Source: Thermoanaerobaculia bacterium (lineage in GTDB: Bacteria > Acidobacteriota > Thermoanaerobaculia > Thermoanaerobaculales > Sulfomarinibacteraceae). Taken from it: a DNA stretch of 64,000 bases. This document shows positions 44,010-53,237 of this stretch, in pieces. The position numbers and the translations under genes were made by a program. The stretch is taken from NCBI GenBank assembly GCA_027061805.1, contig JAMOWA010000040.1, forward strand, positions 50,974-114,973. Reading direction: 5' to 3'. How positions within the stretch are numbered: the first letter of the stretch is position 1; each line of letters opens with the position of its first letter. The notes beneath the pieces were generated by a model that worked only from the letters and a program-made list of their open reading frames with translations, searched no databases and was not told the DNA's origin.

Positions 44010-45083
44010 ATGCCGCGGAAGCCGATCGTCACCGCCACCATCGAGCGTCTGGAGATCCTGTCTCCCGACGGGAGCGTGGACGAGGCGCTCCTGCCGGAGC
44101 TCTCCGGCGAGGACATGGTGGGGCTCTACCGCGAGATGGTCCGCATGCGGGCCTACGACGAGAAGGCCGTGAAGCTCCAGCGGCAGGGGCGCATGGGGAC
44201 CTGGGCGCCGCTGAAGGGCCAGGAGGCGCCCCAGGCGGCGCTGGCGCTCGCCATGGAACCCGAGGACTGGCTGATCCCGGCCTTCCGCGAGCACGGCATC
44301 ATGCTGGCCCGTGGCGTGCCCGGCCACGTCCTCTACGCCTACTGGGCCGGTGACGAGCGCGGCTCGGCCTTCCCCGAGGACGTGAGGGTCTTCCCCATCC
44401 CCGTTCCCGTGGGCAGCCAGTTCGCCCACGGTGCCGGCGTGGGCATGTCGCTCGCGCTCCGGGGCGAGCCCGGCGTGGCCGTCACCTTCGGGGGCGACGG
44501 CGCCACCTCGGAGGGCGACTTCCACGAGGCGCTGAACTTCGCGGGGGTCTTCCGGGCCCGGACCATCTTCGTGATCCAGAACAACCAGTGGGCCATCTCG
44601 GTGCCCCGCGAGAAGCAGACCGCCGCGGAGACCCTGGCCCAGAAGGCCGTGGCCCACGGCATCCCCGGCATCCAGGTGGACGGCAACGACGTCTTCGCCG
44701 TCCACGTGGCGGCCCGGGAGGCCCTCGATCGTGCCCGTTCGGGTGAGGGGCCCACCCTCATCGAGGCGGTGACCTACCGCCTGGGCGACCACACCACGGC
44801 CGACGACGCCGGCCGCTACCGGGACCCCGAGGAGCTGGCCCGGTGGCAGGAGCGGGACCCCATCCCCAGGATGCGCCGCTTCCTGGAGGCCCGCGGCCTG
44901 TGGGACGAGCAGCAGGAGCTCGTCCTGACCGACGAGGCCACCGCCTGGGTGGAGGCCCAGGTGGAGGCCCTGGAGGCCATGCCGGCCCCCGATCCGGCGG
45001 ACATCTTCCGGTACATGTACGCCGAGATGCCCGCCAGCCTGCGCGAGCAGATGGAGGAGCTTCGGGAGGAGGTGTCATCGTGA
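44010..45083 (+). CDS. 2-oxoacid dehydrogenase E1 alpha subunit (pyruvate or branched-chain specific; undetermined)
   Basis: ATG 44010 follows GGGGAGGGGAAGG. ThDP motif region GDGATSEGDFHEALNFA..IFVIQNNQWAIS. Confidence 0.85.
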   Translation: MPRKPIVTATIERLEILSPDGSVDEALLPELSGEDMVGLYREMVRMRAYDEKAVKLQRQGRMGTWAPLKGQEAPQAALALAMEPEDWLIPAFREHGIMLARGVPGHVLYAYWAGDERGSAFPEDVRVFPIPVPVGSQFAHGAGVGMSLALRGEPGVAVTFGGDGATSEGDFHEALNFAGVFRARTIFVIQNNQWAISVPREKQTAAETLAQKAVAHGIPGIQVDGNDVFAVHVAAREALDRARSGEGPTLIEAVTYRLGDHTTADDAGRYRDPEELARWQERDPIPRMRRFLEARGLWDEQQELVLTDEATAWVEAQVEALEAMPAPDPADIFRYMYAEMPASLREQMEELREEVSS

Positions 45084-46117
45084 GCAGCACCATCCACGAG
45101 GCCCGCCGCACCGCCGGTCCCGCCGGGGAGGCGGCAGTCACCGAGAAGGTCACCATCGCCACCGCCGTCCGCGACGCCCTGGCCCTGGAGATGGAGCGGG
45201 ACCCCCGCGTCATCGTCATGGGCGAGGACGTGGGCGTCAACGGCGGCGTGTTCCGCGCCACCGAGGGCCTGCTGGAACGCTTCGGCCCCGAGCGCGTCCT
45301 GGACACCCCCCTGGCCGAGGACGGCATCATCGGCACGGCGGTGGGCATGGCCATGACCGGCCTCCGCCCCGTGGCGGAGATCCAGTTCATGGGCTTCGTC
45401 TACCCCGCGGTGAACCAGCTGCTGGCCCACATGGCCCGGATCCGGAACCGGACCCGGGGCCGCTTCCACGCGCCCATGGTGGTGCGCATGCCCTACGGCG
45501 GGGGGATCCACGCACCGGAGAGCCACTCGGAGAGCTACGAGGCCATGTTCCTCAACGCCCCGGGGATCAAGGTGGTGGTGCCCTCCACGCCCCGCGACAC
45601 CCGGGGCCTGCTGGCCTCGGCCATCCGGGACGAGGACCCCGTGGTCTTCCTGGAGCCCAAGCGCATCTACCGGGCCTTCCGGGAGGAGGTGCCGGTGGAG
45701 CCCTTCACCATTCCCCTGGGCGTGGCCTCCATCCCGCATCCCGGCGAGCAGGTGACCCTGGTGGCCTGGGGCGCCATGGTGCGGGTCTGCCTGGAGGCCG
45801 CCCGGGCCCTGGAGCGGGAGGGGATCTCCGCCGAGGTGGTGGACCTCCGGACCCTGAACCCCCTGGACCGGGACACCCTGCTCGAGAGCGTCCGGAAGAC
45901 CGGCCGCTGCGTGGTGGTGCACGAGGCCCCCCGCACGGCGGGTTTCGGGGCCGAGCTCGTGGCACTCATCAACGAGCACGCCCTCCTGGACCTGGAGGCC
46001 CCCGTGCAGCGCGTCACCGGCTTCGACACGGTGTTCCCCTACGCCAGGCTGGAGCACCACTACCTGCCCAACCGCGACCGCGTCCTGCGGGCGGTGAAGA
46101 AGACCTTCGAGTTCTGA
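45080..46117 (+). CDS. 2-oxoacid dehydrogenase E1 beta subunit
   Basis: RVIVMGEDVGVNGGVFRAT..RVLDTPLAEDGIIG. GTG 45080 overlaps the E1 alpha stop. Confidence 0.85.
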   Translation: MSSTIHEARRTAGPAGEAAVTEKVTIATAVRDALALEMERDPRVIVMGEDVGVNGGVFRATEGLLERFGPERVLDTPLAEDGIIGTAVGMAMTGLRPVAEIQFMGFVYPAVNQLLAHMARIRNRTRGRFHAPMVVRMPYGGGIHAPESHSESYEAMFLNAPGIKVVVPSTPRDTRGLLASAIRDEDPVVFLEPKRIYRAFREEVPVEPFTIPLGVASIPHPGEQVTLVAWGAMVRVCLEAARALEREGISAEVVDLRTLNPLDRDTLLESVRKTGRCVVVHEAPRTAGFGAELVALINEHALLDLEAPVQRVTGFDTVFPYARLEHHYLPNRDRVLRAVKKTFEF

Positions 46118-46132
46118 TCGGGGAGCACAGAG

Positions 46133-47419
46133 ATGGCATTCGTATTCCGGTTTCCGGACGTGGGCGAGGGGATCCACGAGGGGCGCGTGGTGGAGTGGCT
46201 GGTGGCCGAGGGCGACACCGTGGCCGTGGACCAGCCGCTGGTGAAGGTGGAGACGGACAAGGCGGTGGTGGAGCTGCCCTCGCCCCGGGCGGGCACGGTG
46301 CTGAAGCTCCACGCCGAGGCCGGCGCGGAGATCCACGTGGGCGACCCCCTGGTGACCCTGGGCGAGGCGGGCGAGGCCCCTCCCGCCGGGGAGCCGGAGG
46401 CCGCCGCCCCGGAAGCCTCCGCAGCCGCGCCACCGCGGGAGGAACCCGCGGCGCCGGCTCCGGCGGCCCCGGCCGTGCCGCGGAGGCGGCCTCCCGCCAC
46501 CCCGAAGACCCGGCAGCTGGCCCGCAGCCTGGGCGTGGACCTGGGTACCGTCAGGGGCACGGGCCCCGGCGGCCGGATCACCGACGAGGACGTGCGCCGC
46601 GCGGCCGCGGGAGGCCCGGCCCCGGCCCCCACGGCGGCCCCCGCCCCAGCGGCGCCGTCGTCGCCGGCCCCGGCCTCCCCACCCCCTGCGGGGACACCCG
46701 CGAGCACTGCGGACGGCCCCGTGGAGCGGGTCCCCCTGAGCCACCTGCGCAAGGTCATCGCCCGCTCCATGCGGGAGTCCAAGCACACGGCGGCCCACGT
46801 GACCCACGTGGACGAGGCCGACGTGACCGCCCTGCTTGCGCTCCACGCCTCCATGAAGGCCGACGCCGCGGCCCGCGGCGGGGTGCGGGTGACCCTCCTG
46901 CCGCTCTTCGTCAGGGCCCTGGTGGCGGTGCTCCGGGAGCACCCCGTCTTCAACGCCGAGGTGGACGAGGCCGCGGAGGAGCTGGTGCTCAAGCGCTTCT
47001 ACAACATCGGCATCGCGGTGGACACCCCCGAGGGGCTCATCGTTCCCGTGGTGAAGGGGGCCGACCGCAAGAGCATGGTGGAGCTCGCCGCCGAGATCGC
47101 GGAGCTCGCGGAGAAGGCCCGCGAGCGGCGCCTGGCGCTCGAGGAGCTCCGGGGCGCCACCTGCACCATCACCAACATCGGGCCCCTGGGGGGCGTCTTC
47201 GCCACCCCCATCATCCCGCTCCCGCAGCTGGCCATCGTGGGTCTCCACACCATCAAGGAGCGCCCCGTGGTGGTGGATGGGGAGATCGCCATCCGGAAGA
47301 TGATGTACCTGAGCGTCTCCTTCGACCACCGCTGGATCGACGGTGCCCAGGCCGCCCGCTTCATGAGCGACCTGGTGCGCCTGGTGGAGAACCCGGGCCT
47401 GTTGATGGCGAGGCTGTAG
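46133..47419 (+). CDS. Dihydrolipoamide acyltransferase E2
   Basis: Lipoyl domain LVKVETDKAVVELPSP, Ala/Pro linkers, subunit-binding ATPKTRQLARSLGVDL, catalytic DHRWIDGA. Confidence 0.9.
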   Translation: MAFVFRFPDVGEGIHEGRVVEWLVAEGDTVAVDQPLVKVETDKAVVELPSPRAGTVLKLHAEAGAEIHVGDPLVTLGEAGEAPPAGEPEAAAPEASAAAPPREEPAAPAPAAPAVPRRRPPATPKTRQLARSLGVDLGTVRGTGPGGRITDEDVRRAAAGGPAPAPTAAPAPAAPSSPAPASPPPAGTPASTADGPVERVPLSHLRKVIARSMRESKHTAAHVTHVDEADVTALLALHASMKADAAARGGVRVTLLPLFVRALVAVLREHPVFNAEVDEAAEELVLKRFYNIGIAVDTPEGLIVPVVKGADRKSMVELAAEIAELAEKARERRLALEELRGATCTITNIGPLGGVFATPIIPLPQLAIVGLHTIKERPVVVDGEIAIRKMMYLSVSFDHRWIDGAQAARFMSDLVRLVENPGLLMARL

Positions 47420-47590
47420 TTCGTGAATCGTGAATGAATCGTGAAACATGAAACGTGAAACGAATGAGGCGCTTCCGGTGTGAAAAGGGCGGGGCTGGCC
47501 GTTCCTCAGGCGGGCCGTAGCCAGACCAGGGCTCTTCAAGAACCCTTTGCTTCTTTCGTTTCACGTTTTCCGTTTCACCTTTCACGAGTG
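47420..47590. repeat. 170-bp AT-richer imperfect inverted repeat built from CGTGAAW heptads, between E2 and E3
   Basis: Left arm 47421-47468: cgtgaat cgtgaat gaat cgtgaaa catgaaa cgtgaaa cgaatgagg. The reverse complement of the right arm (47550-47588) reads cgtgaaa ggtgaaa cggaaaa cgtgaaa cgaaagaag. Inner AAAGGG/CCCTTT pairing extends the stem. Confidence 0.7.
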
Positions 47591-47655
47591 GACGGGTGGG
47601 CGGGCGGCATCGGGTATGATCGCGGTCCGGCCGGCGGGCCGGCGAGGAGGTCGTC

Positions 47656-49074
47656 ATGGTGGTGGGTTCGGTTTCCAGGGGATGCCAGGTGGTGGTCATC
47701 GGCGGGGGCCCCGGCGGCTACGTGGCCGCCATCCGGCTGGCCCAGCTGGGGAAGGACGTGCTCCTGGTGGAGCGGCGGAAGACCCTGGGCGGGGTCTGCC
47801 TCAACGAGGGCTGCATCCCCTCCAAGGCGCTCATCCACGCCGCCGAGATCAAGCACGAGGCCGAGCACGCCACGGGAATGGGCCTCAGCACCGAGGGCGT
47901 CCACGTGGACATGCCCCGCCTCGTGAAATGGAAGGACGGCATCGTCCGGCGCCTCACCTCGGGCGTGAAGTTCCTCTGCGAGAAGAACGGTGCCGAGCTG
48001 CTCGAGGGCGAGGCGACCTTCACCTCCGACCGCAGCCTGGCCGTGGAGACGGCGGAGGGCCGCGTGGAGGTGGAGTTCGAGCAGGCCGTCATCGCCACGG
48101 GCTCCTCCCCCATGGACCTGCCGGGTGTGGAGCGCGACGGGGTCTCGGTGATCGGGGCCCGCGAGGCCCTCTCGCTCGAGGCCGTGCCGGAGCACCTGGT
48201 GGTCATCGGGGCGGGCTACATCGGGCTCGAGCTCGGCACGGTGTACGCCAAGCTGGGCAGCTCCGTGACGGTGGTGGAGCTGCTTCCGGAGCTCTTCCCG
48301 GGTCTGGAGCCCGAGGTGGCGGACACCATGAAGCGGCGCCTGAAGCAGCTGGGCATCGCCCTGAAGCTGGGGTACCGGGTCACCGGGGTGACCCCCGGCG
48401 AGCCCGCGGTGGTGGCCGTGGAGGGGCCGGAGGGTGAGACCGCGAGCTTCGAGGCCGAGAAGGTGCTGGTCTCCATCGGCCGCGTGCCCAACACGGCGGG
48501 CCTGGGCCTGGAGCGGGCCGGCGTGGCCACCGGCGGGGGCGGCTTCGTCACGGTGAACGAGCGGCAGGAGAGCTCGGTGTCGGGGATCTTCGCCATCGGC
48601 GACGTGGTGGGCGGGGCCCTGCTGGCCCACAAGGCCTACCAGGAGGCCAAGGTGGCCGCGGAGGTGATCGCCGGGGAGGCCGCGGCCTTCGACGCCGTGG
48701 TGCCCGCCGTGGTCTACACGGACCCCGAGATCGCCTGGGCCGGGCTCACCGAGGCCGCCGCCCGCGAGCGGGGCCACGAGGTGGTCACGGGCAGCTTCCC
48801 CTTCCGCGCCTCGGGCCGGGCCATGACCCTGGGTTCCACCGACGGCTTCGTCAAGGTGGTGGGCGACGCGGCCGACGGACGGCTGCTGGGGATCACCGCC
48901 GTGGGGCGGGGCGTCTCCGAGCTCATGGGCGAGGCCACGCTCGCCCTCGAGACCGACGCCTTCCTGGAGGACCTGGCGGCCACCATCCACCCGCACCCCA
49001 CCATGTCGGAGGCCCTGCAGGAGGCGGTGGAGCTGGCCCTGGGGAAGGCCGTCCACGCGCTCAACGAGAGATAG
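47656..49074 (+). CDS. lpd: Dihydrolipoyl dehydrogenase E3
   Basis: VVVIGGGPGGYVAA, redox disulfide GGVCLNEGCIPSK, C-terminal HPHPTMSE. Confidence 0.9.
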   Translation: MVVGSVSRGCQVVVIGGGPGGYVAAIRLAQLGKDVLLVERRKTLGGVCLNEGCIPSKALIHAAEIKHEAEHATGMGLSTEGVHVDMPRLVKWKDGIVRRLTSGVKFLCEKNGAELLEGEATFTSDRSLAVETAEGRVEVEFEQAVIATGSSPMDLPGVERDGVSVIGAREALSLEAVPEHLVVIGAGYIGLELGTVYAKLGSSVTVVELLPELFPGLEPEVADTMKRRLKQLGIALKLGYRVTGVTPGEPAVVAVEGPEGETASFEAEKVLVSIGRVPNTAGLGLERAGVATGGGGFVTVNERQESSVSGIFAIGDVVGGALLAHKAYQEAKVAAEVIAGEAAAFDAVVPAVVYTDPEIAWAGLTEAAARERGHEVVTGSFPFRASGRAMTLGSTDGFVKVVGDAADGRLLGITAVGRGVSELMGEATLALETDAFLEDLAATIHPHPTMSEALQEAVELALGKAVHALNER

Positions 49075-49360
49075 CGGGCCGGCCGGCAGGCCGCCAGGAT
49101 CGCGGCGGGCAGGGGGATCCGGTTGAAGCCGGGTGCGGCGCCGGTGACCTCTGCCGTCCGGGGGAAGAGACGGCGAAGATCACCGTCGTGGGTCCGGGCA
49201 GCGAGCGGCACGGGGGCTCCCAGCGCGGTGCCGAGGACGATGGCGGCAATGAGCAGCTCCATGGCTCTCCTCTCGAAACGAACTCCACGCGGGGCTTCCG
49301 CCAGTGTACCGTGAACGCGTACCGTCACCCGTTCCGGCGGGGACTCTGGAGGAGGCGAGC

Positions 49361-49729
49361 ATGTCCGGAAAGTCGGTCGAGGAGTTCAGGAAGGAGCGCG
49401 AGGCGCTCGACGAGCTGGTGCTGGACCGGGCGAACCTGGAGGTCAGGCGCTTCTTCAGCCTGGATGCGCAGGCCTACCGGGAGGGGGCGCTGGGCCGGAA
49501 GACCAAGGAGATGCTGGGCCTTGTGGCCTCCCTGGTGCTCCGGTGCGACGACTGCGTCCTCTACCACCTGGACCGCTGCAGGGAGGAGGGCGTCACGGAC
49601 GGGGAGCTCCAGGAGGTCCTTTCCATCGGCCTGGTGGTGGGCGGCTCCATCACCATCCCCCACCTGCGCCGCGCCGTCCGGGCGTGGGTGGAGATGGAGG
49701 AGGATGCCGGGTTCGCCATGGATGACTGA
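49361..49729 (+). CDS. Carboxymuconolactone-decarboxylase / AhpD-like family protein
   Basis: ATG 49361 follows GGAGGAGG. LVASLVLRCDDCVLYHL carries the CxxC..H pattern of the AhpD-like fold. Confidence 0.7.
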   Translation: MSGKSVEEFRKEREALDELVLDRANLEVRRFFSLDAQAYREGALGRKTKEMLGLVASLVLRCDDCVLYHLDRCREEGVTDGELQEVLSIGLVVGGSITIPHLRRAVRAWVEMEEDAGFAMDD

Positions 49730-49847
49730 ATGCCGTGGACGATTGTGGGGATGGCTCCACCGCCGGGTTCCGACCGTGGGAGTCCGGTTGCGTCATGGAA
49801 TCTTCCGTGCAGACGTGACGGTGGTGTGCCGGCCCGTACGAAGAAGG

Positions 49848-49869
49848 CCCGGGAGCGGACTCCCGGGCC
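49848..49869. terminator. GC hairpin between convergent genes (possible bidirectional terminator)
   Basis: GCCCGGGAG-cgga-CTCCCGGGC is a 9-bp stem. The flanking U-tracts are weak. Confidence 0.4.
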
Positions 49870-49892
49870 GGGTCTGAGATGTTGAATGCGGG

Positions 49893-50927
49893 TTACTGCG
49901 CCAGGCGGCGGATGAGGGCCATGGCCTGCTCGTGATCGAGACCCTCGCCCAGCCGGAGCGTGTTCAGGTCCGACCAGCCCTCGTCGCGGAGGGTGATGTA
50001 GCTGATCCCGGTGGTGGCACCCTCCTCGTCGGTCTCGTCCCACGAGAGCACCACGGAGAGGTCGTGACCCACCTCGAACTGGGCCTCGGTGAGCCGGAGC
50101 CCGGGCTTGATGGCGATGTGCTTGCGAACCCCGAACACGATCACGTTGCGGCGGCGCTGCTCCGTGAGCACGTCGTCGTCTCCCGAACCCTCGGGCTCGG
50201 GATGGAGGCGCACGATCTCGAACAGGCACTGGCTGATGTCGGCAAAGATGAGGTGGGGCTCACCCGTCTGTGCGTCCACGAAGAGCCGCGGCGCCGCCAG
50301 GGATGACATGTCCTCCTCGAACCCGCAGGACAGGCCGTAGGGCAGGAGGGAGCGGAGCTCCACCGGTGCCGCCTCGTCGAGGGCGGGAACACCCGGTTCG
50401 TCCAGCGGAATGGCCATGTACACGGCGTGGCCACCGTCCTCAGCCCCGGGGTTCTCCCACCATGCCACGTGGATCCAGGGGTCGACGAAGGTTGTGTCCT
50501 CGGCCTCCTCGTCCTCCGCGGGCACCACGGTCCTGACGTCATGGACCAGCAGGGCCGGGTTGATGGAGGGCACGGCGCCCGTCGAGATCTGGACCGGACC
50601 GAACCAGGTTCCTTCGTGCAGCGCGGCGAGCATGATCCGGGGTGTCTCGGGGTCTGTGATGTCCTGCCACACCGCCACGATGGTGGAGGTGGCACGGTCG
50701 AAGTCGATCCTGGGCGACGCGAACTGGATTCCGGTGGTCTGGGGGATGGGGACGACGAAGCTCTCCTCGGATGGGGCCGACACGACGACGGCGAGCTGGT
50801 CCTCGGCAGGGGCGAGCCGGTAGAGGGTGGCGCCCGGCGCCAGGACCATGTCGGGTGCGGACGCCCCCAGCGGAGCGCCCCCCAGGAAGGCCATCACGGC
50901 AAGAAGGCAGAGTGCTTTTCGCATCAC
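49893..50927 (-). CDS. Hypothetical secreted protein
   Basis: Signal peptide MMRKALCLLAVMAFLGGAPLGASA. No family recognised. Begins 1 nt after the upstream TPR gene stop. Confidence 0.6.
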   Translation of the reverse strand: MMRKALCLLAVMAFLGGAPLGASAPDMVLAPGATLYRLAPAEDQLAVVVSAPSEESFVVPIPQTTGIQFASPRIDFDRATSTIVAVWQDITDPETPRIMLAALHEGTWFGPVQISTGAVPSINPALLVHDVRTVVPAEDEEAEDTTFVDPWIHVAWWENPGAEDGGHAVYMAIPLDEPGVPALDEAAPVELRSLLPYGLSCGFEEDMSSLAAPRLFVDAQTGEPHLIFADISQCLFEIVRLHPEPEGSGDDDVLTEQRRRNVIVFGVRKHIAIKPGLRLTEAQFEVGHDLSVVLSWDETDEEGATTGISYITLRDEGWSDLNTLRLGEGLDHEQAMALIRRLAQ

Positions 50928-50928
50928 A

Positions 50929-51837
50929 TCAACCCCTCAGGTTCACGACACGGGTCAGATCCATGTCAAGGAACACGTCGATGATCTCCTCGTCCGGGGC
51001 CACCTCGGGATAGCACCGGACGAGCTCGGAAAGGTAGCGGCGGGCGCGGAAGCGGTCCCGCTGCCGGACGGCCACCTCGGCCAGGAGGAACAGGGAGTTC
51101 TTCACCACGAGGCGGTCGTCGGTCTCCAGTGCCAGCGTCAGGCCACGTTCGCCGTGGCTCCGCGCCGGCTCGAGCCTGCTGTCGAGCAGGTACCCGTAGC
51201 AGAGGTCCTGCAGGGTCTGGGGAAGGAGGTGGGTGGCGTCCCACGCCTCCAGCTCCCGGCGGGCCGCCTCGCAGAGGACGATGCCGTCGGGTATCCGGTC
51301 GGTGCACAGGTGGACGTACCCGAGGTTGTCCCGGATCTGTGCGGCCATGGTCCTGCCGTGCGGGTCGCTCCGCAGGTCGAAGGTCTCGAGCGCCCGCCTG
51401 TAGGCCTCCTCGGCCTCGTCGAAGCGGGACAGCAGCACGGCGATGTTGCCCTCGAGGTTGGAGGTGGCCGCCCGGTGGACCGGGTCGTCCAGCTCGCCGG
51501 CGTACCGTTCGGCCCGCCGGGCCCAGGAGGCGGCCTCCTCGAGGCTGGATTCCATGTACGCCGCCATGGCCGTGGTGTAGGAGGCCATCCACCGGACCCT
51601 CGGGGTCCGGCTCCGCATCAGGATCTGCTTGAGATGCGGGACGCACCCGGCACCCCGCTCCAGGTCCACCAGGATGGCGGCGCGGTTGCAGTAGGCCAGG
51701 TCGGCCGTCTCGGCGTCGCCCTCCGAGCGGGCCCTTCGCTCGGCCTGTTCGAAGAGCGCGAGGGCGGTGGAGACGTCTCCGGAGGCGAAGGCCTCCTCGG
51801 CCCGGCGGCGGATCTCCTCGTACCAGCCCACGGTCAC
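50929..51837 (-). CDS. TPR-like helical repeat protein
   Basis: The 302-aa all-helical product has repeated A..A...Y..AL patterns. Its start overlaps the XRE gene stop. Confidence 0.6.
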   Translation of the reverse strand: MTVGWYEEIRRRAEEAFASGDVSTALALFEQAERRARSEGDAETADLAYCNRAAILVDLERGAGCVPHLKQILMRSRTPRVRWMASYTTAMAAYMESSLEEAASWARRAERYAGELDDPVHRAATSNLEGNIAVLLSRFDEAEEAYRRALETFDLRSDPHGRTMAAQIRDNLGYVHLCTDRIPDGIVLCEAARRELEAWDATHLLPQTLQDLCYGYLLDSRLEPARSHGERGLTLALETDDRLVVKNSLFLLAEVAVRQRDRFRARRYLSELVRCYPEVAPDEEIIDVFLDMDLTRVVNLRG

Positions 51838-52250
51838 GCCTCGCCCCGCGCGTGGTCGTCGCTCGCAGCGGTCCGGCGCTCGGCGCGTTCGCGCCGCAGC
51901 TTGAACTCGATGAACTCCTGGACCTCCCGACGGCTCTCCTCGCCGAGCTGACGCAGCATGTGCAGGGTCTGCATGTCCTCCCGGGACAGTGGCCGGGAGG
52001 GAGGGGCCTCCACGGGAGACCTCTCCGAGAAGAACTGGGCCATGTCCATGCCGAAGACCGTCAGGATCTTGAAGAGGTTGTCCAGCGAGACCCGGTAGGT
52101 CCCCTTCTCCATGCGCGACAGATCGGACTGCTGGATGCCAATCTGGCGTGCCAGCTCAGCCTGCGTGAGGCCCCGTGCCTTGCGCAACTCCCTCAGACGC
52201 GCGCCGATGCGCGCCACGTCGTTCCGGGATGTGGGGGTCCGTCCCCGCAT
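51834..52250 (-). CDS. XRE/Cro-C1-family HTH transcriptional regulator
   Basis: IGARLRELRKARGLTQAELARQIGIQQSDLSRMEKG. ATG 52250 lies 8 nt after GGAGG, so it is preferred over ORF-track GTG 52268. Confidence 0.8.
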   Translation of the reverse strand: MRGRTPTSRNDVARIGARLRELRKARGLTQAELARQIGIQQSDLSRMEKGTYRVSLDNLFKILTVFGMDMAQFFSERSPVEAPPSRPLSREDMQTLHMLRQLGEESRREVQEFIEFKLRRERAERRTAASDDHARGEA

Positions 52251-52322
52251 TGTTGCGACCTCCGGCACGTGCTACGATCACCTTTCGGGGGGATCGCAGA
52301 CCTCTCCTACTCAATACATATT

Positions 52323-53150
52323 ATGGCATTTCAGCAATCGGGTCAACAGGCGTGGGACACGGGGCTGGCTGGTGAGCTCCGGCGGCACCGGTTCCTCCTG
52401 TTCCAGCTGGCCCGCCGCTCCTTCGCGGCCCGCCATGCGGAGAACCTCCTGGGATGGTGGTGGTCGCTGATCTCCACGGCGTTCCAGGCCCTGCTCTTCT
52501 GGGCCATCTTCTCGAGGGTGATTGGCATCAGGATTGCAGAGCCGCGCGGCGTGGGATTTGCCGTGTACCTGATGACGGGGCTCGTGCCCTTCGCCGCGCT
52601 GCAGGATGCCCTGACGCGCTCCGCCACCGTGTTCAGGCGGCATGCGGCCATCGTCCAGAGGGTTCGCTTTCCCCTGGGTGTCCTGGTGACCGGGGATCTC
52701 CTGGGGACCCTCGCCTACCACGCCCTCCCCCTGGCGGCGGTGGGGATCTGGTGCCTCGCCGCCGGGCACCTGGAGCTCCCGGGAATGGGGGGGCTGGCCC
52801 TGGGGCTGGTCTTCCTGGCCGTCTGGACCCTGGGCCTGGGGCTGGCGCTCGCCGTGGTGGGGGCCCTGCTCCCGGACGTGGATCACGTGCTCTCCCTGGT
52901 GCTGCAGGCCGTGTTCTACGGTGCCCCCATCGTGTACCCGCTTTCCATGGTGGGCGAGGGGACACTCGGGACGGTGGTCCGGGCGAACCCGCTGACCGTC
53001 ATGGTGGAGCTCGTCCGGATGGGCCTCATCGGGGCCGCCGCCCCGGCCGCTGCTCCGGTCATCGCGGTGGCCGTGGGCGGGGTGGTCCTGGTGGTGGCCG
53101 GCACGGCTCTCCTGGGCCGGTACAGGTGGCGGATTCCCGACGTGGTGTGA
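52323..53150 (+). CDS. ABC-2-type polysaccharide/glycan exporter permease (Wzm/TagG/KpsM-like)
   Basis: ATG 52323 is in frame inside ORF 51852-53150. ELRRHRFLLFQLARRSFAARHAENLLGWWWSLI opening and six hydrophobic helices. No obvious RBS. Confidence 0.75.
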   Translation: MAFQQSGQQAWDTGLAGELRRHRFLLFQLARRSFAARHAENLLGWWWSLISTAFQALLFWAIFSRVIGIRIAEPRGVGFAVYLMTGLVPFAALQDALTRSATVFRRHAAIVQRVRFPLGVLVTGDLLGTLAYHALPLAAVGIWCLAAGHLELPGMGGLALGLVFLAVWTLGLGLALAVVGALLPDVDHVLSLVLQAVFYGAPIVYPLSMVGEGTLGTVVRANPLTVMVELVRMGLIGAAAPAAAPVIAVAVGGVVLVVAGTALLGRYRWRIPDVV

Positions 53151-53237
53151 GTGGATGGTTCCGGGGTGATCCGGACGTGACGAGGATGGCCGGCGCCATC
53201 CCATGCATGATCGAGGTCGAGGAAAGGAGAGACGACG

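Noticed and set aside
47421-47468. Heptad tandem repeats considered as a CRISPR or minisatellite array
   Set aside because: The repeat unit is only 7 bp with no spacers, and the array is mirrored as an inverted repeat. It is reported instead as a long-hairpin / MITE-like element.
48714-49328. 204-aa minus ORF whose internal MELLIAAIVLGTALGAPVPLAA looks like a signal/TM segment downstream of lpd
   Set aside because: The frame has no stop until it has run ~360 nt antisense into lpd. It has no SD, so it is probably chance hydrophobicity in a GC-rich frame.
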